Assembly: GCA_046350855.1 (NCBI GenBank)
Contig: JAXLZM010000001.1
Span: 153,420 to 217,419, forward strand
Length of the DNA stretch: 64,000 bases
Reading direction: 5' to 3'
Source: Candidatus Anderseniibacteriota bacterium
GTDB lineage: Bacteria > Patescibacteriota > JAUYIX01
The notes beneath the pieces were generated by a model. That model saw nothing but the letters and a program-made list of their open reading frames with translations. It made no database searches and had not been told where the DNA came from. Numbering within the stretch: the first letter of the stretch is position 1; each line of letters opens with the position of its first letter. Shown here in pieces: positions 1-10,087 of the stretch. A program made the position numbers and the translations under genes.

Positions 1-263
1 GCCCCCAAGGCACGGGTCAAAGCCACGACTTTTTCGAGGAGCGGGGTTTGCAGTCGTTTGAGTTCGTGAGTGATCGCTGTGCTCTCGGCCATAAACAAAA
101 TCCAATCGATATACTGGGCCCGATCCGGCGTGGCATCGATGGTCCCGGGGACCAAACTGTCGGCCGGTTGGTGCTTAAAGCGGCGACGTTCGTTTTGCTG
201 TTCGGCCAAGAGAGGTGGATCCTGCTGGTCAGGTTTACCGGCGATTTTGGGTGCGTCTGGCAT
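1..263 (-). CDS. Partial CDS running off the window: HisRS/HisZ-like N-terminus
   Basis: Manual translation from ATG 263: MPDAPKIAG...LVPGTIDATPDRAQYIDWILFMAESTAITHELKRLQTPLLEKVVALTRALG. Resembles the class II motif-1 region of HisRS (GT.D..P...TP..E) but is degenerate. Confidence 0.55.
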   Translation of the reverse strand, partial: MPDAPKIAGKPDQQDPPLLAEQQNERRRFKHQPADSLVPGTIDATPDRAQYIDWILFMAESTAITHELKRLQTPLLEKVVALTRALG

Positions 264-280
264 GGAGAGCTAGCGTGAGA

Positions 281-925
281 TTAGTAAGTTGGTTTTTTGA
301 TAGTCTGGGCCCGATCAAAGGGAAACGCTCTAAACCAGGCGCGGCCCACGATATCGGAGCGCTTGATGGGCCCCCAGGAGCGTGAGTCGCTCGAGGCATC
401 ACGGTTATCCCCCAGAACATAATACTCATCCGGTCCGAGCACAACCTCGATATTGGCGGCCAGGATCGAGAGCGGGGTCTGCATCAGATAGCTGGACTCG
501 TTTAAAACGATGTGTTCGCCATCGTGCACCGTAATTTTTCCGTCCTTAATAGTGACCGTCTCGCCCGGCAAACCGATTAAACGCTTGATAAAAAACTGGC
601 TGCGATCTTTAGGATAGTGAAAAATCACGACTTCGCCTCGCTCCGGCTCTCTAAACCTAAAGGAGATCTCATCGACTACTAGGTAATCGTTATCCAAAAA
701 GTTGGGGTCCATACTGTCGCCGTCGACTTCAAAGGGTTGAAACACAAAGACACGAATGGGCACAATAATGACCAACGCAACGAGGACAACTTTGGCGACT
801 TCTAGGGCAAAACGTCCGGCCGCCCCAAAAAAGCGGCCGACTGGGCCAGCTTGACTCAAACGCGGCCGACCACGCGCACCGACGCTGCGGGGCGGTACAC
901 TATAGTCTCCCTGATTCTTTGGCAT
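281..925 (-). CDS. lepB: Signal peptidase I
   Basis: TM segment, GDSMDPN (catalytic Ser), FIKRLIGLPGE (catalytic Lys), GDNRDASSDSR. Confidence 0.96.
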   Translation of the reverse strand: MPKNQGDYSVPPRSVGARGRPRLSQAGPVGRFFGAAGRFALEVAKVVLVALVIIVPIRVFVFQPFEVDGDSMDPNFLDNDYLVVDEISFRFREPERGEVVIFHYPKDRSQFFIKRLIGLPGETVTIKDGKITVHDGEHIVLNESSYLMQTPLSILAANIEVVLGPDEYYVLGDNRDASSDSRSWGPIKRSDIVGRAWFRAFPFDRAQTIKKPTY

Positions 926-1034
926 AGGCAGAACCGTATAGTACCAGCGTGGGACGCGGTTGTGAACTGCGGGTGATAGTGCCGACGCACGCGGTTGACT
1001 CCTGTCTCCAAAATCAGTATAGTACTGCTCACGA

Positions 1035-2480
1035 ATGACGAGCTATCCGAGCCTCCACGCGCTCCGTAAAAAGGACGCGAAGTCTGCCGTCGCGCAAGCA
1101 ACCGCCTCGACTAAAAAGTCCCTGGCGAGCAATCCTCTCGTGGTCAAAAAGCTCAAGCGGACCAAGAGTAAGCGCACCGTACTCAAGGGTGTCTTGGTTG
1201 CGGCTGCCGTCTTGTTTGTCTCGAGCACGGTCTTTGCCGCTCGTATGCTCACCGTCGGTAACGGCATCTTTGGCGGCAACTCGAGCGACGGTTTTTTTGC
1301 GCAGCTGCGGGCGCTTTTTGGCGATAGCCAACCGCTCATCGGCGAGTCAGAGGATCGGGTCAATATTTTGCTACTCGGGATCGGGGGTGAGGGCCACGAC
1401 GGTCCCAACTTGAGCGACACGATCATCGTGGCTTCGCTCAAGCCCAGCACGGGTGAGGCGGCTATGCTCTCGATCCCGCGCGATTTGTTCGTCCAAATTG
1501 AGGGCTACGGCCAAAACAAAATCAACTCAGCCTATGCGTTTGGGGAGGAACTAGGCTACCCCGGCGGTGGCGCGCAGCTCGCGACTAAAACGATCGAGCA
1601 AGTTACTGGCCTCAAGATTCCCTATTACGCCGTAGTAGATTTTAAGGGCTTTGAGAAAATCGTGGATGATTTGGGTGGCTTAGACGTCACGATCCCACGC
1701 GCTTTTTACGACAACTTACATAAGATCCAGTACGAGGCCGGCCCGACTCACTTTGATGGCAGTAAAGCACTCTATTTTGTGCGGGCTCGCTACGTGGATG
1801 GCCCCGAGGGCGGCGACTTTGCTCGGGCCGGCCGCACCCAACTCATCGCCAAAGCGCTCCAACAAAAAGCCTTGGCACTCAACCCAGTGGCGGACATCGG
1901 TACCATCACCAGCATTTTGCAAAATCTGGGTGATCACGTCCGCACCAATCTCCAACCGCCAGAGCTGCGACGTGTCTATGAGCTGGTGCACGTCCTCTCT
2001 CTCGAGCAAATTCACAATAAAGTGATCGATGAGTCCGAGACTAACTTGGTCTATGGCTCAAGTGTACCCATGGGTGGGCTCAACATCTCGGTGCTCTTGC
2101 CTAACGACGCCACCTTTGGAGCGATCCAGCAGTACGCCGCTAGCGTGTTCGAAAAAGAGCCACCCAAACCCGAGAACGCCACACTGGAAGTCCAAAACGG
2201 GACAGAGACCACCGGGGTGGCGGCAAGTTTTAGTGAGATGGTCACGCTCGATACGCCGGTCATCGCCACGAGTAATGCGGAGCGCTCGGATTACGACGAA
2301 ACCTTTATCGTGGACAACACCGGCGGCACGGTTCCCAATGCGCTCAAGCAGTTACAGGACAAATTACATGCCCTGCATATCGATGCGCGGGTTTTGACGG
2401 CCGCAAGTTACAAAAATGAGTCCGACGCGGATCTGCTGCTAGTACTCGGTCAAGATTTTATCGACGCAACCGCCGAGTAG
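1035..2480 (+). CDS. LCP (LytR-CpsA-Psr) family protein with C-terminal LytR_C domain
   Basis: NILLLG, SDTIIV, LSIPRD, KINSAY, DFARAGR; C-terminal LEVQNGT...LVLGQDF. Confidence 0.93.
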   Translation: MTSYPSLHALRKKDAKSAVAQATASTKKSLASNPLVVKKLKRTKSKRTVLKGVLVAAAVLFVSSTVFAARMLTVGNGIFGGNSSDGFFAQLRALFGDSQPLIGESEDRVNILLLGIGGEGHDGPNLSDTIIVASLKPSTGEAAMLSIPRDLFVQIEGYGQNKINSAYAFGEELGYPGGGAQLATKTIEQVTGLKIPYYAVVDFKGFEKIVDDLGGLDVTIPRAFYDNLHKIQYEAGPTHFDGSKALYFVRARYVDGPEGGDFARAGRTQLIAKALQQKALALNPVADIGTITSILQNLGDHVRTNLQPPELRRVYELVHVLSLEQIHNKVIDESETNLVYGSSVPMGGLNISVLLPNDATFGAIQQYAASVFEKEPPKPENATLEVQNGTETTGVAASFSEMVTLDTPVIATSNAERSDYDETFIVDNTGGTVPNALKQLQDKLHALHIDARVLTAASYKNESDADLLLVLGQDFIDATAE

Positions 2481-2545
2481 CACTCCTAATCGCGCGGTGG
2501 TGCCGGGCTTGCAAAAGTGGGCAAAATAGGGCAAACTGACCCGTC

Positions 2546-3106
2546 ATGCCAGTGCGTACTAAAAAAATTGTGCTTGTGGGTCTTGGCAACCCCGGCAAAA
2601 AGTATGAGTTCACCCGACACAATCTCGGTTTTAGAGTCTTAGAGCGCGTGCGGGGCGAACTCAGTCTACCAGCGTGGTCACTCCAAAAAGCGTTGGCTGC
2701 AGAGATCAGTGACGGCCGCGTGGATGGCGCCCAAGTAATTTTAGTGCGACCGCAGACTTTTATGAATGAGTCGGGTAAGTCGATCAAAGCCGTGCTCAAA
2801 AAATTTGGCGCGCGCCTGACCAACCTGTGGGTCGTGCACGACGACAAAGACCTGCCGCTTGGTCAGCTCAAGAGCAAGGCCGGGAGTTCCTCGGCCGGAC
2901 ACCGGGGCGTGGACTCATTGATCAGCGAGCTTGGGAGCAACAATTTTAAGCGCTACCGCATGGGGATTTGGGCGGATTCGGCCGAGGGTATCGAGACCGA
3001 CAAGTTTGTCATCACCAAGTTTTTGCCGGAGGAGGAACCGACCGTGCGCAACTTTATCGACAAAACCACCGAGCAACTCATTAGCGATCTCGGCCTCAAG
3101 CGTTAA
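2546..3106 (+). CDS. pth: Peptidyl-tRNA hydrolase
   Basis: VGLGNPGKKY..TRHNLGF, PQTFMNESG, VVHDD, AGHRG. Confidence 0.96.
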   Translation: MPVRTKKIVLVGLGNPGKKYEFTRHNLGFRVLERVRGELSLPAWSLQKALAAEISDGRVDGAQVILVRPQTFMNESGKSIKAVLKKFGARLTNLWVVHDDKDLPLGQLKSKAGSSSAGHRGVDSLISELGSNNFKRYRMGIWADSAEGIETDKFVITKFLPEEEPTVRNFIDKTTEQLISDLGLKR

Positions 3107-3127
3107 AGAGCTACAGAATTGTAAGCG

Positions 3128-3162
3128 AAAAAAGAAAAGCGCGCCGACCGCAGTCAGCGCGC
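3128..3162 (-). terminator. Intrinsic terminator
   Basis: GCGCGC-flanked hairpin with a T-rich tail on the minus strand. Confidence 0.7.
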
Positions 3163-3181
3163 ACCTGGGAAATTGGATGAA

Positions 3182-3346
3182 TCAATACAAGAAGAAGTAG
3201 TCCAGGACCTCGTCCAACTTCTTGTCGCGGGTGGAACGGAAATCGGCCCGTTTGCCCCCGCTCTGTACGTTCTGTGGAACGATCACGGGTGGCTGTTCAC
3301 GCTCCTGCGTGTCACTGGAGACGGGACTCTGCGATTGCTTTTCCAT
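3182..3346 (-). CDS. Small hypothetical protein (MEKQSQSPV...YFFLY)
   Basis: GGAG SD before ATG 3346, overlaps the upstream small ORF, ends just before the terminator. Confidence 0.45.
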   Translation of the reverse strand: MEKQSQSPVSSDTQEREQPPVIVPQNVQSGGKRADFRSTRDKKLDEVLDYFFLY

Positions 3347-3518
3347 CGGTTGCTCCTGTGTAGAGGCCACTGCCTTTACAGTGTGGACACAGTTCGTACT
3401 GGCCTTTGAGGCGGAGATACGCAGTTTGGTTTGGTCCGACCTTGACTGGATCGAGACGCTCCACATAACAACTCCCCTTGCAGGTTGTGCAAGGCGGACT
3501 TTTCTCGAATTCACTCAT
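3312..3518 (-). CDS. Small protein with DnaJ-type Zn-finger motifs
   Basis: GGAGG SD before ATG 3518; CTTCKGSC and CPHCKGSG motifs. Confidence 0.65.
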   Translation of the reverse strand: MSEFEKSPPCTTCKGSCYVERLDPVKVGPNQTAYLRLKGQYELCPHCKGSGLYTGATDGKAIAESRLQ

Positions 3519-3742
3519 GTGCATCCTCCCCAAAGTCCCACTGTTGGGCTGCATATAACCAGCGGTTATATGCACTTAGCTGGTTGGAGGTAAAGGAGGA
3601 AACCCGCCAACCGGACTCAACAGCAGGACACTGGGGAAGATCTCGCTTTTAAATGTACCTCCTAGATGTGCCTTACGCGTGACAAACAAATGTCAGCTCT
3701 CATCGATCGGCCAAAGGGGCCTCTCGACCAGAGGAGCACACC

Positions 3743-3771
3743 ACCGTAGCAAAAAACCAAGCGTGTGTCAA
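3743..3771 (-). promoter_or_regulatory. Sigma70 promoter for the small Zn-finger operon
   Basis: TTGACA-17 nt-TACGGT on the minus strand. Confidence 0.6.
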
Positions 3772-3853
3772 CGATGGCTCAGTTAAGCCGACTTACCCCT
3801 AGCATGGCTGAACCACGCCACGTTTTTTTGGCTTTTTGCAGCCAAAAGCTACC

Positions 3854-3882
3854 TTGACTGAGAGACTATTTTATGCTAGCTT
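3854..3882 (+). promoter_or_regulatory. Sigma70 promoter
   Basis: TTGACT-17 nt-TAGCTT. Confidence 0.6.
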
Positions 3883-3971
3883 GGTTGGTCCAGTTCTAGC
3901 TCGCTCTCTCCCAACCTATTCCCCTATTCACCGCCCTACTGACTTGCCGGAGCACCGGCAGAAAGGTCGCC

Positions 3972-4715
3972 ATGAAGACGTTTGCCCATCTAATGCTGGC
4001 CCTAATCATCGGCTGCACCTGTACCTGGACGGCCAAGGCCGACAGCACGCTCGAGAAGGCCGCGCGCTCGACGCGCAAGTTCGTCCAGGAGCGACACGAG
4101 GAGCACAAGGAGCTCCTCAAGTCTCCACGACTGATCACGGTTCCTCAGGGACCGGAGTGCTACGACTATCCCCTGATCTACTTTCCGGAGGGCAGTCAGC
4201 GCACCAAGCGCGCCTACTACATCACGCGTCACTACCAGGCTTGGTCCCCCGGCTACGGGTATCGCCACTCGCGACACTACAGCGACTTCACCTTCCGCTT
4301 ACCACATTTTATCGTCCTGCTGGATGGCCGGCCGTACTGCGAGGTGGAGCGGAGTTTCGACTGCCAGTTCATCCTTGGTGACAGCTACTACAGCAGCGGA
4401 GCGTTTCGCCGCGACTACATCGTCGAGCGCTCGCACCAGATCTGGGATCAGGCCGCAGGTGCCAGTGAGCCCGAGTGGACCATCCTGCCCGGAGCGGTAC
4501 GACGCGACGTTCGGCCAAACTTACTGTTTGGTCCGGTCGACGCCTTGACGACGGCTTCCAAGCGCGCCGTCTGCCACAAGCACAACAACAGCGAAAAGTG
4601 CGTGGTGACTTTTGGTCCACTGACCGGAGGGATGCTCCGAGAAGTCGGAACCGTGACCGGTCCCGATGGACAGGAGCATACGGCCTATTGCCCTGAGGGG
4701 AATCGCTGCGAGTGA
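3972..4715 (+). CDS. Hypothetical exported Cys/His-rich protein
   Basis: Signal peptide-like N-terminus (MKTFAHLMLALIIG...AKA), AAAGGT SD, downstream terminator. Confidence 0.75.
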   Translation: MKTFAHLMLALIIGCTCTWTAKADSTLEKAARSTRKFVQERHEEHKELLKSPRLITVPQGPECYDYPLIYFPEGSQRTKRAYYITRHYQAWSPGYGYRHSRHYSDFTFRLPHFIVLLDGRPYCEVERSFDCQFILGDSYYSSGAFRRDYIVERSHQIWDQAAGASEPEWTILPGAVRRDVRPNLLFGPVDALTTASKRAVCHKHNNSEKCVVTFGPLTGGMLREVGTVTGPDGQEHTAYCPEGNRCE

Positions 4716-4735
4716 TCCATGTATCACTCGTCGAC

Positions 4736-4771
4736 GCTCCAGCTGACTACGGTCGGCTGGAGCTTTTCTTT
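4736..4771 (+). terminator. Intrinsic terminator
   Basis: GCTCCAGCTGAC-TACG-GTCGGCTGGAGC followed by TTTTCTTT. Confidence 0.85.
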
Positions 4772-4774
4772 ATC

Positions 4775-4803
4775 TTGACAAAGACCAAGAATACGTGCAT
4801 CCT
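4775..4803 (+). promoter_or_regulatory. Sigma70 promoter
   Basis: TTGACA-17 nt-CATCCT. Confidence 0.55.
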
Positions 4804-4870
4804 GTTCAGTCCCGAAAATTTCGAACGTTCATCTCGATACAATCGATATAACCGACTACCAGGAGGTGCT

Positions 4871-5524
4871 ATGTCCCGACGCAGCAGAGCGATGGTGTTC
4901 TGCCTGATTGCACAACTCAGCAACATGATTGGTCAAGCGGGCGAAAATCCCCTCAAGTCGTTGGAGATCAAGTACGAGCGTCACAAGCTCAGGGAGAACC
5001 GCGAAGAAGGCGCCGAACACGACATCGACTGTACTATCCGCAAGCGTGCGGAGGGTGCCTACTGCGTAGTCCATGAGACCACGGATCCTACGCGCTGCCC
5101 GACCCTCGCGCACGGCAACTGGAAAGGTGACGCCTGGACCACGTGCGTGCCGACGATCGATGACAAAGGGTTTGCCTACTGCGCCGAGCATGACCTCTAC
5201 ACGTGCTACCTGCTGCGATACTGGAGTCCCGAGTCGGACAGTGATTCGGCGATCGACCATGCGCCGGCAGAATGCAAAAAGGTCAACAGGGATGGCCGAC
5301 CCTACTGCGCTAAGCACGACACTTTTGCGTGTTTTACGCCGCGATTGGTTTGTCGGTTGCATCCGGGCAAACTGTGCGGCGTAGTGCGGGCTGGCTCACG
5401 AGAGAGCCCAGGAATGGTCCTCGTTGAGGACGGTGAAGAGTCCAAGCAAATCCCCGTATTGAGCTTGCTTGCGCCTAACGCTGCTACCCGCCACACCGCG
5501 TATATCTGGGTTGAACCACGGTAA
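4871..5524 (+). CDS. Hypothetical Cys/His-repeat protein
   Basis: AGGAGG SD before ATG 4871; repeated C-x2-H-x(4-7)-C motifs. Confidence 0.75.
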   Translation: MSRRSRAMVFCLIAQLSNMIGQAGENPLKSLEIKYERHKLRENREEGAEHDIDCTIRKRAEGAYCVVHETTDPTRCPTLAHGNWKGDAWTTCVPTIDDKGFAYCAEHDLYTCYLLRYWSPESDSDSAIDHAPAECKKVNRDGRPYCAKHDTFACFTPRLVCRLHPGKLCGVVRAGSRESPGMVLVEDGEESKQIPVLSLLAPNAATRHTAYIWVEPR

Positions 5525-5549
5525 CCCTGTGGACGGTTGGACCAAATCT

Positions 5550-5588
5550 AAAACCCCGACGAGAAAACATCTCGCCGGGGTTCTTTTT
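5550..5588. terminator. Bidirectional intrinsic terminator
   Basis: AAAACCCCG..CGAGA/TCTCG..CGGGGTTCTTTTT between convergent genes. Confidence 0.75.
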
Positions 5589-6030
5589 AACCTTGATCCA
5601 TCTCGCGCTGTGGGACGTCCACCTCCGTAGTGCGACTCGGCGCGTCCAGGAGAACCGGAATCAGCTTTGGGTCCATCTCGTCATGCCGGAGGTTGCTCGT
5701 GATATTGGTAATGCCCGGCTCAAACAGCCTCCGCATCACGAGCTCCAAGACAGCAAAGTACTCGCTGTCCGTACGCTTGAAGTCGCGAGCGGCAGCAACG
5801 ATCTCGTTGAACATGTCTTCGGCAGCATGTTCGGTGCCGCGAGCATCTTCTATCGGACCTAGCCAGCTCACGTTGGTACGCGGGATCAGCACATCCAGAA
5901 TGTCCCGCGCGAGAAAAAAGCCCAACCGTCGATCGTATGCATCATTCTCGAGACGATGGACGCGGTCCACTACTTTTTCGACAAAGCGTTGCCGCTCGTA
6001 CTCGCGGCGTTCAATCGCAAGCATTCCCAT
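5587..6030 (-). CDS. Hypothetical protein
   Basis: AAAGGA SD; promoter TTGACG-17-TAGAGA at 6094-6066; protein-like composition. Confidence 0.7.
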   Translation of the reverse strand: MGMLAIERREYERQRFVEKVVDRVHRLENDAYDRRLGFFLARDILDVLIPRTNVSWLGPIEDARGTEHAAEDMFNEIVAAARDFKRTDSEYFAVLELVMRRLFEPGITNITSNLRHDEMDPKLIPVLLDAPSRTTEVDVPQREMDQG

Positions 6031-6146
6031 AATTCGGGTCCTTTCTTCTAGAGAGAACTGGCTTTTCTCTAACGTGTTCTGCCAGGCACGTCAATGTTCA
6101 GCCAGTTGACGATGCACTAAATCCGAGGTATAGTGGTGGCAGTGTA

Positions 6147-9100
6147 ATGGAGCCTACGCATGTTTCTGCACTTGAGGCTCTAGTTTCTTCCGCCTACAAA
6201 AAAGCAACAAAGAAGCCCCAACGCCCCGCCGGAAAAGCCCTGCGCCTGGACGTGGGTGGCGTTACGGAAGCCGCTAGATCCTATCTCATCGCAGGGACCC
6301 CAAGTTTACGTCGGGGGCCCGTTTTGATCGTGACCAGCGATAACGAGCACGCCCAAATCTGGGAGAACGAGTTGCGTTTTTGGCTCAAGCGGTTGAACAC
6401 CGATACAAAGAGTGGCGATGGCGCTCAAGCCACGGCCGACCCCTTAGTCATCCGTTATGACGAACTCCCCGAGTCCGAGCAGCTCTCACAAGTACCAAGT
6501 TTACGTCGCTACAAAAATCTAGGGGTAAGTGGCCGTATGCTTGCCAACGAGTGGGCTTTTTTATCGTGCCGGTGCGTGGATTTGTCGAGCGACTCCCGGC
6601 GGTCGAGCGCTTTAAGGCCATGACCGTGCGGCTCTCGGTTGGTGACACGGCCAGCCAGTCTAAGGTCTTGCATGATCTTGAGGAGATTGGATACGAGCCA
6701 GCCGATGTCGCAACTACGGTTGGTACCTTTGCCCGGCGGGGTGAACTGTTGGAAGTCTACTCACCCCATGAGACGCATCCGGTACGGATTACGTTTGCGG
6801 GTTCGACCGTAGAGTCGATCGTGCATTTTGATATCGAAACTAAGAAACCGTTGGCTGAGACCAGCCAAGCTGCATCCGGTTCAACCACTGGCGTACAACA
6901 AATGCGCGCGGTACCGCTCAAGTTGCTGATGAGCCAGGGGCGGTTGATAAAATACTTGGGCGATCCGAGCAAATGGTCGGTCGTGATCGATGACCCAGAC
7001 GACCTCAAAGCCTCGATCGATCCGCTCGGTCTCAAAAATGAGCAGGAGTGGCGAGGACTGACTAAAGAGTTGGCCACGGCCGGCATGATTACCTTCCACG
7101 CTTTTTTGGAAGAGAAAACGGCCGACACGCACTTATTTAACTTTACGGTTCCTCCTTTGTTTAGAGGGCACTTGCCGAGTTTGCGTGAAGAGATCAAAGA
7201 GTTCCATCGTAAAAAATACGCTATCCGTGTGCTGACCGGTGATGCGGCCAAAATCCGCGCGTCATTAGATAGCTCGGTTAACTATGTCGACGTCGAGATG
7301 GTCTCCGGCAGTTTGCGGGAGAACTTAGCCGGCTTTAGAGATGGCACCGGTAAGTTGCTGGTCCTGACCGACCGAGAGATTTACGGACCAGAGTCGGTTC
7401 AGCCGGCAAAAATGCGCAAGGCTAAGCGTTTTGATCAGGCCTTTATTGGAGAACTCGAGCCGGGGCATTACGTGGTGCACGTCGATCACGGTATCGGGCG
7501 CTTTTTGGGAATGGTGCACAATTTGCTGTCCGGGATCGAGAAGGAATATTTTGTACTGCAGTACGCTGAGGGCGATCGGTTGTACGTGCCGGTCGAGGCG
7601 GCCGAGAAGTTGTCCCGTTATATAGGAGCGGCTAATCCGGTGATTCACCGCTTGTCCGAGACCTCTTGGATGCAAATCCGAGCGCAGCTTAAAGAGTCGA
7701 CCGAGAAGTTGGCTAAGGAGTTGCTGCAGTTGTATGCGGAGCGGCAGGTACGAGGTGGCATGCAGTTTAAGCCCGAACAAGCCATGGAGCGCGAGTTTGC
7801 TAAGACGTTTCCGTATGAGGAGACGCCGGATCAATTACGGGCTTGGCACGAGATTCAGTTGGATATGCAACGGCCGCGACCAATGGACCGACTCTTGGTC
7901 GGGTGATGTGGGCTTTGGCAAAACCGAGGTGGCTATGCGCACGTTGTTTAAGGCCGCGGTCAACGGCAAGCAAGCCGCGATCCTGGCTCCGACCACGATT
8001 TTGGCGGACCAGCACTACAAGAATATTACGAAACGCTTTTCGAGTTTCCCGTTTAGCGTGGGAGCACTGTCGCGCTTTCAAAGTCCCAAGGAGCAGCGCG
8101 AGACGATTGCCAAGCTGCGGGCTCGGCACGATCGATGTGGTCGTGGGCACGCACCGGCTACTCTCCAAGGATATTGAGTTTAAGGATCTAGGGAGTGGTG
8201 GTGGTGGACGAGGAGCAGCGCTTTGGGGTGGAACACAAAGAGCGCCTCAAAAAATTACGCTCTAATGTACACGTGCTTGTCACTTGTCAGCTACCCCGAT
8301 CCCGCGGACGTTGCAGTTCTCCCTGTCTGGTATCCGCGATATCTCAACAATCGAGACTCCCCCGCCCGGACGCTACCCGATCGAGACCAAAGTGGCCGTG
8401 TATGACGATCGCGAGATCAAAGCGGCCCTTGAGTTTGAACTCAAACGCGGTGGCCAGGCCTATATTTTGCACAATCGCGTGGAGACGATTGGTACCTTTG
8501 CCAAAAAAATTGCCAGCTTGGTGCCCAAGGCGCGGGTACGCGTGGGTCACGGCCAGCTCCCCGAGACCGAACTCGCCAGCGTCATGGAGGATTTTTACAA
8601 TCGTAAATACGACGTGCTTGTGGCCTCGACCATTATCGAGAACGGTCTTGATATCCCGAGCGTCAACACGATCATCGTGGACCAATCAACAAACTTTGGC
8701 TTGTCACAGTTGTACCAGTTGCGTGGTCGCATCGGTCGCGGCAACCAACGCGCCTACGCCTACCTCTTTTATAACCGCCAGGATCTTAAAGGTCCCGCTC
8801 GCTCTCGCTTGTTAGCGCTGCTCGAGGCTACCGAGCTTGGTTCAGGCTTCCAGATTGCATTGCGTGACTTGGAGTTGCGTGGTGCCGGTAACTTGCTGGG
8901 CGGCGAGCAGTCTGGTCAGATCAAGTCGGTCGGTCTCAATATGTATCTGCGCTTACTCCATCGCGCGGTTCAGGAGATTAAGACGGGTGTTAAGGAGACC
9001 CCGATTTTGGATGTGACCATTGATGTTCCTCTGCCGGCGTATTTCCCGGTTACCTATGTGCCGGATGAACGCGAACGCCTCTCGCTCTACCAGTTTTTGG

Positions 9101-9495
9101 CGAGCGTCACGGATCCTAAAAAGCTGGCCCAAGAAAAAGCGCAGCTCGGCAAGGAGCACGGCAAGCTGCCCGCACAAGCGACTAACTTCTTTAACCTGCT
9201 GGAATGGAAGCTGCTCGCCGCTAAAGCGCATGTACTCTCAATTACGACCAGTGGCGTGCGCTCGGGCGATGTCGCAGAGGGCTTGCTCACACTGGAGTTT
9301 GTCAGCGAGCCGCCTTATGGCCGCATCAATCGGGTTCTGACGGATGTAAGCCCGGCTTGGCAACTCAAGGACAACCTTATGCGCATTACGATCGGCACGC
9401 TCGGAGGCGATGATCCGCGCAGCTGGACCGCTAAGCTCGAGCAGACCTTACGTATTTTGTCAGAGCCGGTGGCGGACGAAAAACAAAAGGCCTAA
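6147..9495 (+). CDS. mfd: Transcription-repair coupling factor, split by several frameshifts (probably sequencing errors)
   Basis: Consecutive fragments carry a UvrB-like region, CarD/RID ([11 protein letters not shown]), [37 protein letters not shown] and the TRG motif. Breaks near 6555, 7900, 8120, 8195 and 8280. Confidence 0.93.
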
Positions 9496-9523
9496 AAAAG
9501 AAGCCCCTCGTAAGACAAGGGGC
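9494..9523 (-). terminator. Intrinsic terminator between convergent genes
   Basis: AGCCCCT...AGGGGCT hairpin with an A-run on the plus strand. Confidence 0.65.
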
Positions 9524-9930
9524 TAGCGCGTAGCAAGAAGTGTGGGTTCGAGCTGGTTGATCAATACCATCGCCGAGGAGTGGTACTGTTTTTCTCGTAC
9601 GATACTCAGGAGCTGATCCAGCCGTGCGCGTCGAGCAGCCATCTGAGCCGAGGGCGCCGGGGACGGATACGAGAGCTCCAGGATCCCTTTGCACTTGTAC
9701 AGCTGCAGGTAGTACTGATCATTGATGGATTGTTCAGCAGTTAGGTTCAGGGACTCCTGTCGCAAGCACAGGTACTCGAGGGCCGCTTGCAGGAGCTGGT
9801 TGTCAAACGAGACGTTGTCCATGCGAGTCTGGATCCAAGCCATCTCTCGATTGATCCCATACAGCTGCTGACGCATCCGTACCTCGAGTAGGCAGATGCC
9901 GATGATAACACTCACAAAGAGCCATCCCAT
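9523..9930 (-). CDS. Hypothetical protein, N-terminal TM helix plus coiled coil
   Basis: GGAGG SD; hydrophobic N-terminus. Confidence 0.7.
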   Translation of the reverse strand: MGWLFVSVIIGICLLEVRMRQQLYGINREMAWIQTRMDNVSFDNQLLQAALEYLCLRQESLNLTAEQSINDQYYLQLYKCKGILELSYPSPAPSAQMAARRARLDQLLSIVREKQYHSSAMVLINQLEPTLLATR

Positions 9931-10087
9931 TCCGTTGACCTCCCGTTTGTTCCGTGAGGCGAGTCTGCTCCAGAGCAGTAGTCAGGTCAAGTTGCTCTCT
10001 CAAGTAAAACGCGCTATAGCAAGTTAAATTCACACCACCGCCGCTTTTTCTTATCTTTTCTTAAGCTGACTTTGGTAAGACGGATAC

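Noticed and set aside
6300-6508. 14-bp direct repeat CCAAGTTTACGTCG (6300 and 6495)
   Set aside because: Only two copies, both coding PSLRR in frame, with no mobile-element features between them.
6147-9495. mfd as a pseudogene or programmed-frameshift gene
   Set aside because: About five indels, several in or near homopolymer/G-rich runs, with all motifs intact. Long-read consensus error is more parsimonious; read polishing would decide it.
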